From SAR324 cluster bacterium (lineage in GTDB: Bacteria > SAR324 > NAC60-12), in the NCBI GenBank assembly GCA_015232315.1, contig JADFZZ010000003.1:156732-220731 (forward strand): a DNA stretch of 64,000 nucleotides, written 5' to 3'. This document shows positions 58,486 to 64,000 of the stretch, in pieces. The notes under the pieces were generated by a model. It saw only the letters and a program-made list of their open reading frames with translations. It ran no database searches and was not told where the DNA came from. Within the stretch, counting starts at the first letter, position 1, and the number at the start of each line of letters is the position of its first letter. A program made the position numbers and the translations under genes.

Positions 58486-59640
58486 ATGAAAACACAGACC
58501 GCCTCAGATCCCTATTCCTTTGACCGTATTTCTCCTGCTCCTGTTTCCGCTGACCAATGCACAGATTGCCGTAGCTATTTAATCTCTCTTTCTTTTTTCG
58601 CGAACGTAATTTTTGTGGTGATAGAAGGGTTTGTTGGAATCATGGCCGGTAGTCATGCCCTGGTCGCGGGCGCACTGCATTCACTGTCAGACACCACCAC
58701 TTTTGGCCTGAATTATTTTGAGGATCGGCGGCATTTAGCCAACGTACAAAAGGTGAATCCGGGCATCAATGTTTTCATGGGTGTCACCATGTTCATCGCG
58801 GGGGCCTGGATATGTGCCCGCAGTGTGTCGGCTCTTGTGATCAATGACCCCTATCGTCCCGGACTCATGGGGCTTTCGGTCGCGGCGATTTCAGTCGGCC
58901 TCAACTGGTATCTGTGGAATTTATCAAAATGTGTCTATGAAAATCACAAAGACCAGCGCGTCAACATCTGCAAGATTCAAAACACCCTCAATTTTTTTTC
59001 AGCGGTATTGACACTGACTGGCGTTTTGCTGGCTGATCTTGGTTTTGTATTTTTTGACCCCCTGTTTGCCGTTTTTATTGCTCTCACCATGATTTTCGCT
59101 TCCTCGTCCATCCTGCGAGAGACCTTTGGGGCCGATGATAATTTTACGCCGAAATCCAGGATGGTGATTTATCTGGTCATAGCCTTCCATGCCGCAATCA
59201 TTATATTCTTTGTGACGGCTACAACCATCAAAGTCCTTGATAGCCGCAATGTGATTCTTATTCCTTCAGAAGGCACAACGCTCGATAGCAAAATAGATTC
59301 CAGGCTGGGAAGATCCAACTATTTTATCATTTACGATATTCGCACTGACAGTGCTGTCACTGTGATCAATACAGACCGGAATGTCGAAGGGGACGTGAGC
59401 CACAACTTAATTGGTGTGATCGATGAGTACAACGTCGGTGTTGTGATCGCGCCGCATGTTGGCAAAGAAGTGTTTGATAAACTGGTATCAAAAAAGACAG
59501 CGATGTATTATGACGGTCACAATGTCACTGTCAACCAGGCCTTGCAGGATCAACAATCCGGACTTCTGGAGCAGGCTACAATCAACAACGTGGATCGTGG
59601 CTATGGCCGTAATGTTGTCAAATGGCTCAGTGTCTGGTAA
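58486..59640 (+). CDS. CDF-like membrane domain fused to a NifX/NifB-C-terminal-like (Nitro_FeMo-Co type) domain
   Basis: About 384 aa from ATG 58486. TM2 SHALVAGALHSLSD is CDF-like with Gly in place of the first Asp. After an extra TM, the C-terminal ~110 aa (SRLGRSNYFIIYD...VGVVIAPHVGKEVFDKL...MYYDGHNVTVNQAL) match the NifX-type cofactor-binding fold pattern. Confidence 0.65.
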   Translation: MKTQTASDPYSFDRISPAPVSADQCTDCRSYLISLSFFANVIFVVIEGFVGIMAGSHALVAGALHSLSDTTTFGLNYFEDRRHLANVQKVNPGINVFMGVTMFIAGAWICARSVSALVINDPYRPGLMGLSVAAISVGLNWYLWNLSKCVYENHKDQRVNICKIQNTLNFFSAVLTLTGVLLADLGFVFFDPLFAVFIALTMIFASSSILRETFGADDNFTPKSRMVIYLVIAFHAAIIIFFVTATTIKVLDSRNVILIPSEGTTLDSKIDSRLGRSNYFIIYDIRTDSAVTVINTDRNVEGDVSHNLIGVIDEYNVGVVIAPHVGKEVFDKLVSKKTAMYYDGHNVTVNQALQDQQSGLLEQATINNVDRGYGRNVVKWLSVW

Positions 59641-59757
59641 GTACTCGACCATAAATCTTTAACCATTTTTTCTGGTTCCCTACCTCTGGTGGGGAACCCT
59701 CCTTATCCCCCTCCGGTGGCTTGCCAACGAGCCGTGGAAGGGCACCAGAGGTGCGTT

Positions 59758-59952
59758 ATGGAACGGTTCCCGACGAGATGTCTTGAAGCACAAAAAACAG
59801 GTAATGAACGATTAAGTCGAATGGAAACACGTCTGGCTCATGTAGAGCATGAGCTTCATTCAGGGTTCCATGAACTCAGTTCAAAAATGGATCAAACTCG
59901 CCAGGAAACAGTTGATTTATTACGTCAACTCGTCACAAACACCCGAAAATAA
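59758..59952 (+). CDS. Small hypothetical helical protein
   Basis: ATG 59758 follows GAGGTG. 64 aa: MERFPTRCLEAQKTGNERLSRMETRLAHVEHELHSGFHELSSKMDQTRQE.... No family recognised. The longer track ORF (from 59689) reads through a hairpin repeat. Confidence 0.3.
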   Translation: MERFPTRCLEAQKTGNERLSRMETRLAHVEHELHSGFHELSSKMDQTRQETVDLLRQLVTNTRK

Positions 59953-60041
59953 AAACTAAATGCCCCCAAAAAAGCCAAAATCATTATTCGCCCCTACCGA
60001 TTGCATTCCGTTCCACTTCGTTTTCCCCAAAAGAGATCTAC

Positions 60042-61193
60042 ATGTCTGACAACCTGAGTCAGCTTCTCAGTGAAACTGATTTGTTCCGAATTAATCGAAA
60101 AGGCCGGTTTTTAATGTGTGAGTTATTGACCGCGCATCAAACCCTGACCACGAGTTATGTGAATGGGGGCTTCAGGGAAAACCAGAAATGGCTGATCAAT
60201 CACCAAAGCTGTGAAGCGTCGGCTCATGAGGAGGTACATTCCAGAATCGCGGAACTTGGACAGGCCCGATACCACACAACCATTTGCGATTCCTTCGGGT
60301 TTTCTGAGGAGCAGGTTTCTCTGATGAGCACCGCGGCCAACATGCACTATGCCGCTGTCAAACAGGAAACATTTCGTGACATGACTGTAACAGCTTGTGT
60401 GACCGCAGGCGTTCAGGGCAATGCTTCTCGCAGTGGCGACCCCGCCAAATATGATGAATCCTTCAAGGGCTGGAATGAAGTCCCACCAGAGGGAACCATC
60501 AATACATTGCTGTTGATCAATGTGCCCTTAACTCCTGCCGCCGTGACCAGATCTGTTGTGACAATGACTGAAGCCAAAAGCGCGGCGTTGGAAGAACTGT
60601 CTGTGGGAAGCCGATATTCTCAAGGCTTGGCCACAGGAACCGGGACAGACCAGTTTTGTATTGCCTCACCGATTGCCCCTGAACAATACTCAAAAACATG
60701 GACTGGCGCTCATACAAAAATTGGTGAGTTGATCGGCAAAGCTGTCACTTTATCAACCAGAGAAGCCTTGCGCTGGCAAAATGGTCTGGAAATGTCTTAT
60801 ACCCGAAGTGTGTTTCACATCCTGCAACGGTATGGATTGACTGAAGCAGTCTGGAACCAAATGCTTGCCCGTTTTTCAACAGAGCAGGAACTTCGATTGT
60901 TCAAAGCAAATCAAAAGGCTTTTATCTACGATCCTCAAATTTCCTGCGGTGCCTTCACCCTTGCGGTTTTGCTTGATAAACAACGTTATGGCGTCATCCC
61001 TGAAGCGGTTGTTGCTGAACAGATTGTTCATGAGCTTGCCTTGCTGATGTGTGTTTTAGGGCAGAATCACCAACAATTTGCCGCAAATCTGCATACCTTG
61101 AAACAGAATTCACTCCCGCCACTTGAACTGTTTGTGTATGCCATTGTGGAAGGAACCAGACTGAAATGGTCTGAGAAGGAGAATAGCGCATGA
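60042..61193 (+). CDS. cbiZ: Adenosylcobinamide amidohydrolase CbiZ
   Basis: 383 aa. VTACVTAGVQGNASRSGDP ... GTINTLLLINVPLTPAA...TEAKSAALEEL...ATGTGTDQFCIA matches the CbiZ pattern. Confidence 0.8.
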   Translation: MSDNLSQLLSETDLFRINRKGRFLMCELLTAHQTLTTSYVNGGFRENQKWLINHQSCEASAHEEVHSRIAELGQARYHTTICDSFGFSEEQVSLMSTAANMHYAAVKQETFRDMTVTACVTAGVQGNASRSGDPAKYDESFKGWNEVPPEGTINTLLLINVPLTPAAVTRSVVTMTEAKSAALEELSVGSRYSQGLATGTGTDQFCIASPIAPEQYSKTWTGAHTKIGELIGKAVTLSTREALRWQNGLEMSYTRSVFHILQRYGLTEAVWNQMLARFSTEQELRLFKANQKAFIYDPQISCGAFTLAVLLDKQRYGVIPEAVVAEQIVHELALLMCVLGQNHQQFAANLHTLKQNSLPPLELFVYAIVEGTRLKWSEKENSA

Positions 61194-62149
61194 TTTCCTG
61201 CCTTACTGTTCTGATCGGAATGTTGTTGCTGGACGCCTTGCTTGGAGATCCCCGTGTTGCCTGGCATCCTGTTTGTCTGATAGGCCGATCCTTGAGTTTT
61301 TTTGAGGAAAAACTGCGTCAAATCGGCTGGAATGGTTATATCGGCGGAATACTCCTGTTTTTTTGTCTGGCTGTGACATGGGTGCTGCCTGTGACAGGGA
61401 TCATGATCTGGCTTGCCAGAGAAATGCCGATCGCTGGCTGGCTGTTTCAGATTATAACCGGATTTTTCCTGCTGGCGATACACTCCCTGTTGGCACATTC
61501 CTGGAACATACTGAAAGCCGCTGATTCAGGCAATCTGGATCTGGCCCATCAGGAAACAGCGAAACTGGTAGGACGGGATACCGCACCCATGAGTCTGGAT
61601 GATTGCAGACGATCGGCGGTTGAGAGCATGGGCGAAAGCTTGACGGATGGAATCATCGCACCCCTGTTTTATTATTTTCTGCTGGGAATTCCCGGAATGC
61701 TGATGTTTAAAATCATCAGTACGATGGACTCCATGGTGGGATATAAAACGGAAAAGTACCTGAAATTCGGCTGGTTTGGCGCACGGGCTGATGATGTCCT
61801 CAATTATATCCCTGCCCGACTCAGTTTTATTCTAATCACCTTGCTTGCCTCGGTGTTACCCGGTTATTCAGGACGGTATGCTTTCAAAATCGGCTGGTCT
61901 CAGCATCATCTGATCCCCGGTCCCAATGCCGGCTGGAGTGAAGCCGCAATGGCCGGAGCACTGCGTATCAGAATTGCGGGGCCTATCTGGAAAAAAGGTG
62001 TGAAGGTCACAGATCTCTGGATTGGAGACTCTCAAGATCCTGAGGCCTGCTCTCATGGTGAGGTGTTTAAAACCATGGCTATGGTCGTCTTGAGTTCCCT
62101 GGTGTTCTGTATGATTTCAATAGTTACGATTTTCTGGATTGTCGGATAA
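61190..62149 (+). CDS. cobD: Adenosylcobinamide-phosphate synthase CobD/CbiB
   Basis: 319 aa. LLDALLGDPRVAWHPVCLIGR N-terminal hallmark. Membrane protein. Start overlaps the cbiZ stop (ATGA). Confidence 0.88.
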   Translation: MISCLTVLIGMLLLDALLGDPRVAWHPVCLIGRSLSFFEEKLRQIGWNGYIGGILLFFCLAVTWVLPVTGIMIWLAREMPIAGWLFQIITGFFLLAIHSLLAHSWNILKAADSGNLDLAHQETAKLVGRDTAPMSLDDCRRSAVESMGESLTDGIIAPLFYYFLLGIPGMLMFKIISTMDSMVGYKTEKYLKFGWFGARADDVLNYIPARLSFILITLLASVLPGYSGRYAFKIGWSQHHLIPGPNAGWSEAAMAGALRIRIAGPIWKKGVKVTDLWIGDSQDPEACSHGEVFKTMAMVVLSSLVFCMISIVTIFWIVG

Positions 62150-62157
62150 GACAGACC

Positions 62158-62892
62158 ATGCGAGATGAATTATTCAAACATCCGGAATCATCCAAAAAAT
62201 TTGAATTCAACGAAGCGGTCGCCAATGTTTTTGAGGACATGCTGTCGCGCTCAATTCCATTTTATCAGGAAGTGCTTCGACTCACCGGGGAATTAACCCT
62301 GAAATTCTGTCATCCCGGCAGCGTGATTTATGATCTGGGATGTTCCACTGGAACCCTGATTCATTATCTGGCGGATCTCATCGCCCCCTTCCGGATTCCG
62401 GTAACCATCAAGGGAATTGACTCCTCACAGGCGATGCTGGACAAGGCCAGAAGCCAAAGTAACTCAAGCCATGAACCGTTAGCCATCGAATGGATTTGTG
62501 GTGATATCCAGACAACACCAATACTCAAGCCGACCGTAATCATCCTGAATTACACCCTGCAGTTCGTTTCTCCAGAGACCCGTCAAGCTTTTGTTACAAA
62601 ACTCCATGCTGAACTGGAACCGGGCGGCCTGTTGATCATGAGTGAAAAATTACGGTCTGATCAGCTTGTGGTCCGTGAACTGGAAACCGAATGTTATGAA
62701 AGTTTGAAACGACGTCATGGATATTCAGAAATAGAAATTTCCAGAAAACGACAGGCTCTGGAAAATGTTCTGGTTAGTTTCTCTCTGGAGGATAACCTGT
62801 CTCTGTTGCGGAACGCCGGTTTTGAATCTTCGGGTATCGCCTTCAAATGGCATAATTTCGCGACCTTCTGGGCTGTAAAAGATCCTATGTGA
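62158..62892 (+). CDS. cmoA: Carboxy-S-adenosyl-L-methionine synthase
   Basis: 244 aa. FEFNEAVANVFEDMLSRSIPFYQEV, YDLGCSTG, LNYTLQFV, GYSEIEISRKRQALENVL are colinear with E. coli CmoA. Confidence 0.88.
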   Translation: MRDELFKHPESSKKFEFNEAVANVFEDMLSRSIPFYQEVLRLTGELTLKFCHPGSVIYDLGCSTGTLIHYLADLIAPFRIPVTIKGIDSSQAMLDKARSQSNSSHEPLAIEWICGDIQTTPILKPTVIILNYTLQFVSPETRQAFVTKLHAELEPGGLLIMSEKLRSDQLVVRELETECYESLKRRHGYSEIEISRKRQALENVLVSFSLEDNLSLLRNAGFESSGIAFKWHNFATFWAVKDPM

Positions 62893-62920
62893 TCGGTCCT
62901 TGAACCTTCTCAGGCATTCT

Positions 62921-64000
62921 ATGAAAACCCCTCCAAAATCGGGCACTCCGTTGTCTTACTGGAATTTTATCATTCCAATGTTCAGTTTGAATTTTTGTGT
63001 GTTTGTGGATCATCTGATGATGATTCCGCTCAGTGGGCAAATTGCCGGGGATATTGGCATGTCCATCGAAAACAGCGCGATGCTGGTCTCGGCGTATCCG
63101 TTTGCCGCAGCCGTTTCTCTGGTGTTACTGGCCCCCTTCTCGGACAGGATCGGCCGTAAACGCATGTTGTTGTTCCTGACCCTTGGATTTGCCTTTGCCA
63201 CCCTGGGGATCACGTTTTCGAAAAACATCATCCTGGTCTTTTTATTCAGAATTCTGGCCGGAGTATTTGGCGGACCGATTGTGCCAAACGCCCTGGCCTT
63301 TGCGGGAGATTCGTTTGAAGGTCCGCTGAGGACCCGGGCACTGACCAATCTCATGCTGGCGTTTTCTGTTTCATCCATTCTGGGTGTCCCTTTTGGTGCG
63401 GCACTTGGGGATATGTTTGGCTGGGAAGCCGCCTTCTATGCGGTTTCAACCGGTTCATTCCTGTGTTGTCTGATTTTATTGAAATTGCAGGCGGTGCCGA
63501 CCGGTGCTGAACGCGGCAGAATATCCCGGCAATATGTCGAATTGATATCCTTATGGAAAGAACCTTATATCCGGCGGGTATTTTATCTTCAGATTTTCAT
63601 GATGATCGGATTGTTTGGCATGGTTCCCAATCTCAGCGCCTGGCTTGGCACCAACTGGCAGATGACGTCCACTCAAATCGGACTGCTTTATACCCAGGGC
63701 GGTGTCGCGGCGGTGATCTCCAATATTCTGGCCGGAAGATTGATGCGGGCAGGCTATAAACTGGAACTCATCACCGCGGGATCCCTGATTATGGGAGTTA
63801 CAATGATGATGTTCACCCTGGAGTTTTTCACCATGGCCACCGCAGGATTGGTCTTTGCCGGCATCATGTTTGGCGGAACCATCCGTATGCCGGCCTTTCA
63901 GATCATCCTGTCCGAGATTGTAGATATTTCACGACGGGGCCGATTGATGTCCATGAGCATGATTGTGGCCAACATGATCATGGGACTGGGGGGAATCTGG
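62921..64000 (+). CDS. MFS transporter (partial, 3' end beyond window)
   Basis: ATG 62921. The frame is open to 64000 (360 codons), so it is absent from the track. FSDRIGRKRMLL (MFS motif A-like) and multiple TM segments. Confidence 0.8.
   Translation, partial: MKTPPKSGTPLSYWNFIIPMFSLNFCVFVDHLMMIPLSGQIAGDIGMSIENSAMLVSAYPFAAAVSLVLLAPFSDRIGRKRMLLFLTLGFAFATLGITFSKNIILVFLFRILAGVFGGPIVPNALAFAGDSFEGPLRTRALTNLMLAFSVSSILGVPFGAALGDMFGWEAAFYAVSTGSFLCCLILLKLQAVPTGAERGRISRQYVELISLWKEPYIRRVFYLQIFMMIGLFGMVPNLSAWLGTNWQMTSTQIGLLYTQGGVAAVISNILAGRLMRAGYKLELITAGSLIMGVTMMMFTLEFFTMATAGLVFAGIMFGGTIRMPAFQIILSEIVDISRRGRLMSMSMIVANMIMGLGGIW

Noticed and set aside
59641-60041. Cobalamin riboswitch upstream of cbiZ-cobD
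   Set aside because: I looked for the B12-box and conserved core. I found only a local hairpin (ggttccc...gggaacc) and a 9-bp long-range complement (cctctggtg / caccagagg). This is insufficient and more likely another repeat.
1-64000. tRNA, rRNA, tmRNA, integrase or prophage genes
   Set aside because: Scanning intergenic regions by eye found no T-loop/acceptor-like structures, no rRNA-like conserved blocks and no phage structural or integrase genes. A covariance-model search would be needed to exclude small RNAs.

Overview
This 64-kb window is mostly a magnetosome gene island of about 50 kb (roughly 10.0-59.7 kb) from a magnetotactic bacterium. Ordinary housekeeping genes flank it: coaE, aspartate kinase and nth on the left; cbiZ, cobD/cbiB, cmoA and an MFS transporter on the right. 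The island has four parts. (i) A metal-transport block: a His-rich CDF, a DtxR-FeoA fusion, feoB, and a CDF lacking the cytoplasmic C-terminal domain (CTD). (ii) mam module 1: a minus-strand parA-like / mamK / unknown operon, divergent from mamI-mamE-mamP-like-mamQ-mamT-like plus an alanine:cation-family symporter. (iii) mam module 2: mamI-mamE-(repeat protein at the mamJ position)-mamK-mamL-like-mamM-mamO-mamA-mamQ-mamB-(gene at the mamS position), colinear with the Magnetospirillum mamAB operon. (iv) About 20 kb of unusual signalling genes: a tandem-CZB protein; three paralogous REC proteins, two of them REC-sensor-HPt-CheA-type ATPase kinases with no CheW-like domain; a 959-aa coiled-coil protein; a CheY; a 1282-aa HEAT-repeat CheA-like kinase and a HEAT paralogue separated by a DUF1778/GNAT toxin-antitoxin pair; a REC-HisKA kinase; and a CDF-like/NifX-like fusion. 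No MCP, CheW, CheB or CheR is present. This block is the best candidate for an undescribed system. Two MITE-like repeat families sit in intergenic regions. One is about 155 bp with 9 copies, several flanked by 10-11 bp target-site duplications. The other is about 180 bp with 3 copies. At the left end, a three-gene operon resembles ovothiol/ovoselenol-type biosynthesis (SenB-like glycosyltransferase, 4-mercaptohistidine-type methyltransferase, OvoA-N/EgtB-like iron enzyme), next to a decayed IS630 element. I recognised no rRNA, tRNA or CRISPR array. All functional calls come from reading motifs by eye with no database search, and start codons are approximate.
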